Positions 11,621-24,094 of a stretch of DNA of 64,000 bases are shown here, one piece after another. Location: the NCBI RefSeq assembly GCF_000181795.1, contig NW_003526943.1:10152849-10216848 (forward strand), given 5' to 3'. This DNA comes from Trichinella spiralis (taxonomy: Eukaryota). How positions within the stretch are numbered: position 1 is the stretch's first letter; every line of letters starts with the position of its first letter. The notes under the pieces were generated by a model. The model had not been told where the DNA came from and searched no databases. It was given only the letters and a program-made list of their open reading frames with translations. The position numbers and the translations under genes are program-made.

Positions 11621-13891
11621 CTCTAAATCAAAAAGCTACCTCAGCAATCTTCATTCACTGACATATTCACTTATTTCTAAGCATGCATTCGAAAAATGCA
11701 CCCGTCTGACTCTTTTTTCAAAAATAAAACGAAAATGACATTCCAAATTCATTTAATAAACACGACTAAGATGCATTCATTCAAACAACAAATTTTTGTC
11801 AATAATAATAAGACAATTATAATGTCAAACTTGTGATTCCTTTTTTACGTTTCAAAAAATTAATATCTAACAATTCATTCAAATGCATAAACAGTTTTAA
11901 AATTGACAGCATTTTCAAGGTTTGTTTCTCTACTGAAGTTATTAGCTTTACAAATTAACTATTCTACATGAATAAGCAAACCTGCTTTTTCTGTTTCTTT
12001 AAAACAATTTTATGGCATAACCCTATGAATTAAATATTTTGAAGAAGCATTTTGTCACTATATTGGCAGTTACAGTAAGTAAGTATGCTCAAGACTTATT
12101 TTGAAACTTGCAGTGGAGATGCATTTTTCAATAGAGAATATAAATTAAGCATTGATTTTACTTTAAATTAATTTAAAATTGTTTATTAAAACTTTTAAGA
12201 ATAAACTATTATTGAAATTTTTATTAATGATGCATCTGATAAAATGAATCTATAATTACATATTATAAACTTCCTTGAACAACTTATTTTGCGTTTTAAA
12301 TAGCTACAGAAGAGAAAATAGAATAAAAATGCATTTAAATTAAGTATTTTAAAGATGAAACGCAAGAGTTACGAAAGGTCTTTATCGTACATTCTACTGA
12401 AATATTTCATTCTTGTGTCTATGTAATAAGCATTGTATTATTAGAACACTTTCAAATAGCTTTTTCTCATTTTAATTTTTTGCATTACTGGTTCTATTCG
12501 TATATTTTGAAAGTTCTAATTTTATTCGTGTAAGCAAGTGAAATGAAAAATATTGAATGCTATGGTCAGTTTATAATGCGTATTGTTTATATATTTTATG
12601 CTGTTTTCCATAAAACTTTCCATGCAAACACGAGTGATAAATGCCACATTTAATGCCATAGCGAATGCACATACAAAAAATAATTGGAAAAATTGAGATG
12701 AATTAATAGAAACTATAATAATCTGGGTTAGGAACTGAGTTGGATTGTTTTGTGGTTAACAATGAAGAAGTTGCTACATGTTACTGTCTTTTGTGGATTG
12801 TTTTAAAATAAATTTCAATAAATAATGCAATAATAGCATAAAGATGGGATAGTACTTTAAAAAGATGTTCTCATAGCGAGACAATGGTCTATGCGAAGCA
12901 TTTTTGCACTGCTGAAAGTATGCATTAAATTTTAAATTGAATCTTTGCGCTTCATACTAAGCGCATAATGAAACATGAATGAATTATGTATATCATGAAA
13001 TAAAAGCGCTGTGAAATAATCATTAGATTTTATTAAAGCATAAGTAATATTGTTAGAGTGATAATGCCACAATAAAACTCTTTTCATATGAGAGGAAATA
13101 GTGTCGAATTGTTGTTCTTCCTTTTCATTCTCGTTCATAGTGAATGGTTCAACTGTTATGCATTGATTTTAAATATGCTATTACTATTTTTTTAAATAAC
13201 ATATTACTTTTATTGAGTAAGATCAAAATTTTTCTAACAATATTTTTATTTCCAATACCATGAAGCAATGCATCAAACAGTGTTTTAATAGAAACAGTTC
13301 ATTTGCATAATTTTACTAAGCGAAGAATCAGTTTATTATATTTATATCATAACAGCAATAATGCTGCAATATTGTTAAAGGAAAAAGAATAACTAAATAG
13401 AATGCATTGATAAATTTCAATTATATTTAGAAACTGTTTGATAGTTTTCTTAAAAATTAAATATATAGAATAATTTTTAGAAAGTGAAATGAAACAGGAA
13501 CAAAATTTACCAAAAATAATAAATAAGAAAAATATCTGTCAACTGCATGTTTACACAAAGGCCATTTTCTTATAAAAAAAATTACTTGCTCCTATTAATC
13601 AATTAAGAGGAAAGTTTTTTGATATTATTTTTCAATTTCAATCTGAATCTGTGTAGATGAGCCCGACATGAAAAATGCTGATAAGTAACTGGTCCAAATT
13701 AGCAGAATGTAGGTGAACAATTCAGGACAAAGGAGAACGGTCTACACTATTCTTTAACTTCAATATGCAGCCAATAATTGTCTTCTCTCTTTGAGCAATT
13801 TTCATCACTGTTCACATTCAGCATCATCTAATTTTTCCAAATCCTCAACTTATCAAATCAAATCTCAATAATCAGAATACGGACAGTCAGC

Positions 13892-16514
13892 ATGCAGTTC
13901 AAATGGCCAAAGTTTGTTTTCCTCTGCTTGAATTTAGTAAGTGATGCTTTTTCTTTTTAAAGCATGCATGCATGTATATCACATTGCATATATGCTAATT
14001 TTTTAATAATGAAAATGCGTGGATAGTTTTCTACAAATTTTTCTCTAAAATTTGGGAAAAGAAATATGTCAAAATCTGGCAATCTGTACGCATTTCAATT
14101 ATGCGTTGGTAATAATAAATAAAAATCTTGCAACATTTTAGCCGATAAACTTTTCAACAGATAAGATCAAATTTGTAAGAGATTGATTGATAAACGTATA
14201 TAAATGTGTAAATTGAAAATTTCTCTGCAGTATTTGTGTGTGGATAATGAATTTTTGTTCAGCTAAAAGAGTTCATTAGCAGAGAAAATTTTATTGTATC
14301 CCAACAATGACGTTGTGATAAATTAACATTGAAGTTCTTGAAAGTATACTTGAAAAAGAAGAAAAAAATTTTTCCTATTAAAAAATTATTTCCTGCTCGT
14401 GCGACTAGTTTCAAGCTGCTAGGGGAATTTATTCAAAGCAAAAGTAGAAATCAACAAACCTTATTTGCACATCTAATAATGTGACCAGTTATAATTTCAT
14501 TTATAAATAAAATAAATAATTTTCATCAATTAATGTAAAGATGTCAAAGTTCGTGTTATAATGTGACTGAGAAAAATGATTGAGATGTCAACATGAACAA
14601 ATGAAATCTCGTGGAAAAGTGTAGCTAGAGAATTCCATTCTTTACACGAATAGGCAATCTATAATTTTAATCTTTGAGATGATAACTATCAGTTGTTTGT
14701 CGCTTTTTACTGATCAGAAAATTCAATTTTCACATTAAAACTGTCCGAGTTTAGTTTTATTAAATCTTATCTATCCCAGTGTTGTATTTTTCTATGAATA
14801 AATTTTCGAAAATTATTAGCGCGGTTTAGCAATGAAAAGTGTAAACGTGAATAAAACAACACACGAAATTGTCCAGTTCATTTGAAACAAAGCAAATTCG
14901 AATAATGAATTTGAAAAGATATTTTATTGCATATGCAAATTTAAAATTCCAATTTCACTGCTTTCTAAAAGCAAACAAATATGAAAAAATCAACTTGAAC
15001 TTGTTCAATATTTCTTTCAGATGCTTTTACGACGTGCTGCCGGAGGTCACGTTTGTGATCCGGAGTTTGGAAAATTTGTCCAATGTTTGAATTTGAAAAT
15101 TTCATCAGAATTGAATTTGATCAAAAATGAGCTTTCAACATCAACACAGACAAAACTTATCCGCTGCTTTTCCAGGTAAAGATGAAAAACAAGAGAAAAA
15201 TCAGTTAGTTCTGTTATTTAAAAATTAATTCGATTCATAATACAAAAAAAAATATATATATATATCCCGTGAGTTCAGTATAAAATTTGCATAATCAATT
15301 CAAATTTCATTCGTCGTTCGTTAGCAACGGCGTTATTGTTGTTCAAAATGAATATTTTTGTTTTATTTTCAAAGCATCTCTTGTCCGTCGCCGAATTTCG
15401 GCCAAGCTAGCGTGAAGTATTTCGTCCAAGACCCCCTTTGGCAGGATCGTCTGAGCAAGCTGCTCGGCTTCATCGAAGGAGTGAATCCCAAAGTGAGAAA
15501 CTGCATGATCGACCATTTCGTCACGGTCACGTTGAACGGTTTGGAACGTTGCGCCCACAGCGTCGGTCCGGATACGATTCGGGATTTTCACTTTCCAAAA
15601 ATGCAACTGGATGTCGACGTCGACTTTGAGCAAATGTAAAAATGAAATCTTCCCAACGCATCCGGTTAATTTCTCACCACTCCTGTGACGTAACCGTGTT
15701 TTTCAGCAAGCAGGTCATTTTAAACCGGATGATGGTTCGCATGAAGCTGCACGAATGCAAGCAGAAGAGGTCAGGCCAAACGTCAAAGTTGGTCGACTGC
15801 CTCCAAGCGTCCAAAGCTGTCCACACTACAACAGATTTGTGCCAAACTCGCCAGATTTGCAAAACTCAGTTGAATATTTCATATATATACATATACACAT
15901 GCAACGTTTTACATGAAATTGATAAACAACAACAACAACATCATTTCATGGATAATTTCTATTTTAATATTTTCTAGAACTGTGACCAATCCATATTGTT
16001 CACAACGGTTGGACGATGTTATGAAAGCGATATGCGTTTGCTTAGACCAAGCGGTGAAAGGTGCACGAGGTGTTTTCAAAGAGCAACAAACAACCGCACT
16101 CAGGGATGGCATTTTGAAAGGGAAAATTGAGGAAAAATTCCGCCAATGTCATGCAATGGTCGGTGTCCCGTTTCCTGAACAAAAAATGGAAAATATGAAA
16201 AAAGTGTTCAAGTGAGAAACACGAGCAAACAAAAGTCGATTGATTGATCGACCAATAATCAAATCAAATCGAATCTAATTATTACATCCTTCCACGGGAT
16301 ATGTTTCAGAGATACGGTTGTCGATATTATACTGCGCAAACAGGTGCCGGATGCGCTGAAGAATGCTATGCGTTTGGTGCTGGACGTGTTCAAAGATTTC
16401 GGCCAAGAATGGTCAACAATGCTGTGCTCAACTTGTGATTCCACTCATCAGAACATTCAAACCGTGGATCGTGAATCTCAACAACTTCGAGTTCTTGCTC
16501 AGCAAACGCCTTAG
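13892..16514 (+). CDS. Uncharacterised secreted cysteine-rich, probably helical protein, 353 aa
   Basis: Six phase-consistent GT-AG exons 13892-13936, 15021-15175, 15375-15635, 15707-15868, 15978-16211, 16310-16514 give an uninterrupted frame. The N-terminus MQFKWPKFVFLCLNLMLLRRAAG-GHVC resembles a signal peptide. The mature part has 16 Cys and no transmembrane segment. Confidence 0.85.
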
Positions 16515-16653
16515 AAACAAACATACCCACCGCTGGCTGACTATATAAATATCGGTGACAAAAAACTATCAAAAAGAAATACAAATGCATTCACACTATT
16601 TTAATAATTTTCATACTTCACACAGAAAGCATACATAAATTAATGAAGTTATT

Positions 16654-19143
16654 TCAGTAAAATTGTTTCCGTTTCAGCACATCAGGTCGCCATAAAATTG
16701 GATGTGACTCTTCGGTCTGAAAATTAAAATAGAACAAATAAAACAAGCAAACAATAAATAATGCCATAAATACCGCAGTTTCGTCTTCTTTGAACATTTT
16801 GATCGTCTTGTCTGCCTCTCCAGTAATAAGTCGAGAACCACTCTGATCAAAGCACAACGCAAATATGCCTGCCTCTGAATCAATGCTACCAGGCTGAGGC
16901 TTAGTCTGATACTTTTGAAAGCAAATTCCACTTTTCCAATCCCAAAAGTACATCGAACCATTGTCACCTAAATTACCAATAAATAAACATATCAATTAGC
17001 AATAAAAATCATATATACATACCGCCAGAAACTAGGACGCTATCTTCATTTACTGCCAAAGCATTCACGATGGCACTATGGCCGCTCAAATTTTGTATAA
17101 ATTCTCCATTTGGACATTTCCATTGTTTAATATTGTCCGGTGACGCGCTGGCAAACATATAAAGTCGTGGATGCAATGCCAAAGCACGAACACTTTTCTT
17201 GTGATTAGTCAAAGTGCACATACTTCGACCGCCAGCCAAATCCCATAGTCGAATCGTCGAATCATGTGAACCAGTAATAACCTTAATTAAAAAAAATAAA
17301 TACATAAATTTAAATTTATAAAAATGCAATAGCAAATTTCCATTCAAACCTGAGGTTCTGCACTTTGGCAAACAACGCATGCCACAGTATTCGTATGTCC
17401 AGTCAGGCAATGTACTTGAGCTTTAGTGCGCATATCCCAAACCTATATATAAAATTAGTTTCAACAAACAAACAAACAAACAATCAAACAGTGCAAAATA
17501 TGATTAAATTACACGACAAGTGGCATCTCTGCTGACAGTAACAAGAACATCGATTGATGGGTGTAATGCCAGATCGTAAACAGCACTCAAATGGCCATGA
17601 TAATGACGAACAACCTATATCAAAAACTGATTCACATAACAAAAATGCAACCTTTACCAAATACTACACCTTATTGTATTCTAAATCCCAGCATTTCACT
17701 TGCTTGTCTTCGCCAGCTGAAAATAAATACGGCTGCCTAACAGAAACCTTCACTGCACGAACTGTGGATATATGTCCAGTCAGAGATAGTTTCAATCGAC
17801 CAGACGCTAAATCCCATATCTTTCAAAAATACAAAATCAAAATAAAAATAACTGCCAATCAAATAAAAAGAAAAAAAATACTAACTTTAATTATTCGATC
17901 AGCGCCTCCAGTACAAAACCATTCATTTCCAGGTTCTACATCAATAGACCTTACCCAACCAGTGTGACCACTGATAACTCTGTACAACTTCCATGGAGGG
18001 TGCCAGATAGGTTTCACTGCAACTGGTGCTTTCTGAGGTAAAAGAGAAACTGCGTCTGAAGATGCGCCAGAAAAAGTGTGTGCTTTTGCAATCTCATTCC
18101 AGTTTGCTTTTGACAAACCATTGATACTGCTGCTGCAAAGGTTCTATTTTTCAGACAGAAAATATGTCCCAAAAGGAATTTTTACCTAGAATATTTAGTC
18201 GCTTCTGCGGGACCAGCGGTTATCATCAGCATGCCATCGCCACCTCGTTCAGGCGTATCGAATAATAATTCCTTGGATTGAGGTGGCAACGGAAGGGCCA
18301 TCTTCTTGTACTCTTCCACTTTTTTCGCCACTTTAATACTGTTGATCACGTGTCCATATTCATGCTTCAGTTTTAATGACATCAACAATGGAGCACTACA
18401 TATTAAGAAATTTACTATCAATAACTATTCTAATAAATTAATTCATTTATTTTACATTATTTAAAAATAACTATTTCATAAATTATAAAATTAGTTAAAA
18501 TTTTTACAATTTTACATTATAACATTATTAATTACATTACTTAAAATGCCATTTCAAAAATACAAATATTCTTTAAACGTATGATCTTCAAAAATTATAT
18601 TTTCATTTACAATTTCCAAAAAATTACCTTTAGACAACCATAATTACATTCACCAACAATAATTATCACTATCATTAATGATTATATTTTACATATAAAC
18701 AATAAAAAAAATACATAGAGCACAGAAAAATATTTAAAATGAACAACACCTAATACTGTATCATTAAAATTAATTCACTTTTCAAAAATGTGGCTCAAGC
18801 TACAAGTATAATTATCGTAATAAACGCACATTTTCAATATTAGACATTTCGGAGTAATTTTTAAAATGTGAGAATCAACAACAATATCTACAGAATAACA
18901 AGCAAATTCTTGTAGAAAAATAAAATCAAAAAATTAAAATAATTTTTTTCCCATGCTTAAAACACAAAATTAACGATAATTTTTAATAATTATAGAAACA
19001 TTCCTTCAATTCACGATTAAAAAAAATTACCCTGTTTTTCCATATGGTTGAGGACGACCAGTTTCAACGCCAAACATATCATGAGTTCTTTTGAGAGATC
19101 GGAAAACTGTGTTATACAAAGAAGTATGCGCAGCATCTATCAT
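16654..19143 (-). CDS. PLRG1: Pleiotropic regulator 1 (Prp46), WD40 subunit of the Prp19/NTC spliceosomal complex
   Basis: Nine exons 19143-19031, 18395-18186, 18132-17886, 17819-17670, 17614-17513, 17442-17350, 17281-17023, 16967-16774, 16716-16654. Diagnostic motifs are [47 protein letters not shown] and [31 protein letters not shown]. Confidence 0.97.
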
Positions 19144-19364
19144 TTCTCAAAATATATAATTCAAATATTATACGATTCCCGTAATACAAAACATACATAT
19201 ACTTTTAAACGAAGTTTCATACTGTAAGTATACAGTATACGCAGGTTTAATTTCATGATATATTTTTGTCTTAAAGTTATTTGATCTGTTAACCTATTTA
19301 TAGTTAAATAAAAATATTACTTTTTTCAGATAACTTCACCTTTTAAATAAAATTTTAATGAATG

Positions 19365-19380
19365 GGTAACCTAGGTTACC
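19365..19380. promoter_or_regulatory. Perfect 16-bp palindrome GGTAACCTAGGTTACC, resembling an X-box (RFX/DAF-19 site)
   Basis: Self-complementary sequence about 220 bp upstream of the PLRG1 ATG, in the divergent intergenic region. The core GTAACC-TA-GGTTAC resembles the RFX palindrome GTHNYY-WW-RRNAAC with one mismatch in the right half. Confidence 0.4.
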
Positions 19381-22083
19381 TATCGTTGATTGGTTGTTTT
19401 CTTGATGCGTTTATAAATTTTCAGTTTTTAAAGTGCGCTTTTGCGTAGTGTCCCTGCTTTTTGTACTGTGCCCACTTTTTATTTGCCGAAATCGAAAACC
19501 TAATTTTATTTTTTAATATCTAAATTTTGAAAAACTGTTGAAGTCACTATGTAAACTGGCACTTTCCTAATTGTTGTGTAGCGGACAATAAAATTTTCTG
19601 GTGGGATAAAAGATTTTTTTAATTATTACATAAAAAATCGTCAGCTACTGATACAGTTGCCACTCCTAGTTTTAGCTGAACAGCTGCAGCTTCTGACAAA
19701 TTGGCGTTGGCCATTGTTTCTTTTCTCTGTAATATCACCATTAGCTTAACAATTTGCATGATAAATTAACGCAATCTTAAATGCTGGTCATTTTCTGACT
19801 GTATTCTTGCAATTTATTTTTCTATACAGACTAGTTGGATAGATTTGCAACTGGTGGAAGAAAAAATACTTTTGATAAATCACATATCCAGAAGTGACAA
19901 GCTAAAGGAAGCACCGTGCAAATTGTAATTTTCCCTTCAGCGCTTTGAAACCATATGGGGAGGGCCAAATAGCAGTTTTTCAGAAGTTGCTGAACTCAAG
20001 TTTAGCAACACTTCAGGATAAGGTGTCTAGAAATGGAAAATTTGTCTGAAAAATTAGTAGTAGCACCAATAAAACCGTTGCTTCACAAATGGCGGCACAG
20101 TTAGAGCTAATGCAATGTTAGATGACAAACTAAGAGATGAGAATGAACAATAACGTAAAATTCAATGTTGCAATTTTAGTATTCAAAATCATGAGAGGAG
20201 AAAATTTTTATTTTCTGCTATTGTTCTCATGTTTCCCACATTTGCATCAGTTGCTGATGATGAATTATTATTATACGAATTGTTAATATTAATGAGAAAA
20301 ACATATCTGTTACTTTGTTGTTGCTGATATCTTATATTACTTTCCATGAGACTTTATTGTGATACAGTAATACATACAATAATTACAACATTTTTTAAAA
20401 ATAACATATTAAACGTATTATAACTTATTATTCAAATAACATTTTATGTATAAAAGTTTATCCACCAAAAATATTGATAAAATTCTATAATGTATGAAAA
20501 TTGCATTGCTGACGTGAAAATTCTGAACATATTTTTCACTTTTTAAATTTACTCTGGACACTTTAAATGCATTTCATTTAATATTACAGTACTTAATAAT
20601 ATCTGGATCGCTTTTGATAATAGCATGATATAATCATTTGCAGGAGGGATAAAAAATGTAAATCCTACTGGGTTCTAAAGTACCTCAAAACACTATCATA
20701 CAGCTATGCAAGTCTTATGTAATAATGTACATCACAAATACATGCTTTTTACAAAAAAAGCAGCTGCTAACATAAAAATCAAAATAACGGAATATAAGAA
20801 GGTCTTGTTTGAGTATTTTTAACAAGTGGACGAATGGAAATTACTTTTCTTTATAATGTTTTCATAATAATGAAATCTTTTTGTATAATTTCATTAGTTA
20901 TTAGAAAAGTAGTTGCTGTATTATTTGTCAATAGTATTTTTTTCTGATTTTTCATTTTTTTATTACAAATAAAGCAGTTCAATATTAAAAAATTCTTAAG
21001 ACATTATCGCAAACCATTTGAAGGCAAAAATATGTAAAGAATTTTGATAAAATATTATGAAAAAATTCGATTTATTTGAAATCAGCATTGAAATAAATGA
21101 CTTTGTAATAAGTGCAGTTTTTGTAATAAGCTTTTGGAAACTGCAATGCTGCTTAAACTACTGCACTTAGTGCAAACTTCCCTCTAAAATTATAAAACTA
21201 ATGTATATTAATCATCATACACACTTTTGACTTGCAATAGTAGAAACTAATAGCACACTGAAGGTTAAAGAATAGTAATCTTTTACAGCTGAGCAGTAAA
21301 ATTTGTAAATGATAATTAATTTTGTACGCTTTGAAATGTTGAACAGAAAATGGACAATTGTGCATTGTGCAGTCGCTTCATAAAAATTGAAATTAAGCTA
21401 TAAAGTGAAACAGTTTATTTGCTAAGCAAAGCAGTTCAACTGAAGCATTGAATTTTTCTTGCAAGTTGAAAAAAGCGGAATGTTTCATGCTTTTGAGAAT
21501 TTGAGCTGAAATTAAATTGCTCATGTAAATTTTTATTAAGCCTAATAGCTTTCCTGACGCAAAATGCAAACAGAAGTTTCATTTTCATAATGGCTGTTGC
21601 AAACTTAAATGATGAACTGCATAATGAATGTCATTGTTTCCTGAAAATAAATAATCTATTCACAAAGTTTTATTGCTGGCTTTTCATTTCACTTCTATTC
21701 ATCGTTTTCTTATATAATCTGCAATACATATAGCTGTTTTCATTTCATTTTCATTCACAGGCGAGCAAATCACGAATATCGAAGCTGTGCTATAACGCTA
21801 CAAGTTGTATGTAATCAAGATGAGATTTGAAATAACATTGTCTCTGCCCGATCCGCTCCTATGCTATATATGAAAACTTTCTCACAAAAACAGTTGTTGC
21901 ATTTTTATCCATCTTTTTAGCAACTTGAATCACTTTTCACGGTGAATTTTACGTGTGCTTGATTTTGCACTATCACATCTCCATATTTATACATAATATT
22001 GAATTTTTTCTCAAAAAATTTATTCATTTGTATTCTTTTCACTACTTTTAGGTTTTTTTACTTCTGGTACAAAAAACTGAAAA

Positions 22084-22939
22084 ATGACTGCGAATATTTG
22101 CTTGCAATTATTGATGTCAGTGTTGATCGTGAACATCTTTGCACCAGCACATACTGACGCATATGTTGATTTTGGAACAGCCATGAAGCAGATGAATCGC
22201 GAAAAAACCGAAGCTCCGAAATCTGATAGTGAATCCAAAATTCATAACTCAGACGTGCTATCCTTTCTAAATACATTGGTGATGGAAAATCAAAATAGTG
22301 AGAATTTATTTTTGTTTTTTTTTCTTGCAGATAGATTTTTCTGCAGCTGCTGCTAATTTCCACTAAAGTAGGCAAAAAATTTCAAACAAACCAAACTGAG
22401 TAACATTAATTTTCAATAATTTTCCATTTGAATTAAAATCAATTGAACGATTCATTTTAATCGTCCATTTGCATACATCATTGGTAAGTTTTACTGGTTT
22501 GTAGTTTGCCCATTTCAAGACAAATACACTGAACACATTGTTCAGTGTCCGTCGAGTAGTCCTTTAGGCATAGCTGACAAAGTATGCATCACAACTAGTG
22601 AACTTTGCAATGGCCGCAAATCTTGTCCAAATGCAGAAGACGAAAATCCCGCCCTGTGCATGTTCTGGCTATCGGTAAGTTATTTGAAGAAAAAGAAAGC
22701 AAAAAAGCATATGTATATATATATATTTGTGTGTGTGTGTATTTGTGCAATATTTCAGACAATGGATTATGTGCGTCAATTTACGAGAACGTTGACATCG
22801 ATTATGGAACCGATGATAGCTGGAGGTGAAACTGCGCCATCTAACCCGAAGTCATGGAAAGGTACTTTGCAAATTCTGCTTTTCAACAACAGCTAAATGA
22901 ACGTTTTTCTTGATATTATTAGATTTACACATGAACTAA
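22084..22939 (+). CDS. Small secreted protein with one LDL-receptor class A module, HEN-1/Jelly belly (Jeb)-like, about 167 aa
   Basis: Exons 22084-22297, 22505-22674, 22759-22861, 22923-22939 are phase-consistent; the last exon is tentative. Signal peptide MTANICLQLLMSVLIVNIFAPAHTDA. The six-Cys module CPFQDKYTEHIVQCPSSSPLGIADKVCITTSELCNGRKSCPNAEDENPALCMFW is followed by an amphipathic helix (TMDYVRQFTRTLTSIM), which is the layout of the Jeb/HEN-1 C-terminus. Confidence 0.72.
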
Positions 22940-24094
22940 TCAACGTCTCTTGGCAAATACCGCGTGAGAAATTTGATCAGTCACGAATATGGCAACATTG
23001 ATATAAAAAATTACATCTATTCCAGTGCAATAATATCTACTTTACTTTTTATTTAAAAAAATCGATTTATCTATTGATTTATTTAATTATAATTTTCTCA
23101 CTGTTGGAAATGAACACTTTCTTTATTTCTGAAATAAAGTAATTTGCATCCACAACGTTATTAATTTTACCCGCTGTCAGAAAAAACCATCACTTTATCA
23201 ATCTACACTCTCTCTCTGTAAACAAAACTGTTCTTCTAAGTACAGTCAGCAACTCTATACGTATCGTTAATAATTTGATTCAACTGAAGTAATTACTGCA
23301 TGATTTTGTGATAATGAAAATGACTTATTACATCTGCAATACACATTTTACAAATTAGCAACAATATTTTATTCATTTTGAAAAACAATTCCTTAAATTG
23401 ATAATTAAGATATAAGCAGTGAAAAATTGCGCCCACTGTGCGCCATGGCTGCAAGAAAAATTTAAAAAAAGCATATCAACAGTAGTGCTACTGTTAAATA
23501 TAAAAAATTTAAACAGTTTGACTGCATTAACAACAAACACACTGTTCGTTGTGTACGATGAACGTGTCGCTGGGATTCAGTGTGAAAAAAAATGCTTTTC
23601 ATTGTGCTCAAAAGAAAATTAAATGAATCATCAATTTGCATAAGTTTTCCCACGTCATTTGCGCATCTCGGCTAACATAACAGTAAAAATAGCAGCAACA
23701 TGCGCATTCAGTTGTCTGTCATCTATGTGACTTGTATACATTACATTGTAAGAACAACTATAACCGTTTATTGTGTGTGTACAATTTGACAAGACAAAAG
23801 AATGAATATTTCAATTCTAAAAAATAAATAAAGAAAAACTGCTTGTACAATTGTACAACAGAGCCATAGGCGTGTTGAAATATTAAAAATGAATAAAGAA
23901 GTGAATTGAAGAAATATTGTGAAAAAGCAGAAAAAATAAAAACAACAAGAACAAGAACAACAACAACAAAACTGTCTGTACACGTTCCACGTGTAAATCA
24001 CATCTCATATCTTAATGTTGAAAGGTGTAAGCACAAATAGCACCAGCGTGGAAATGTGTGTTTATTCTTTTTCTTAATTTTAAAGAAATATAAT

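Noticed and set aside
11228..11738. Plus-strand ORFs overlapping MRPL11
   Set aside because: Antisense shadows of a well-conserved coding sequence.
19755..19800. Possible C/D-box snoRNA (ATGATA...CTGA)
   Set aside because: Imperfect C box, too short, and no identifiable guide complementarity.
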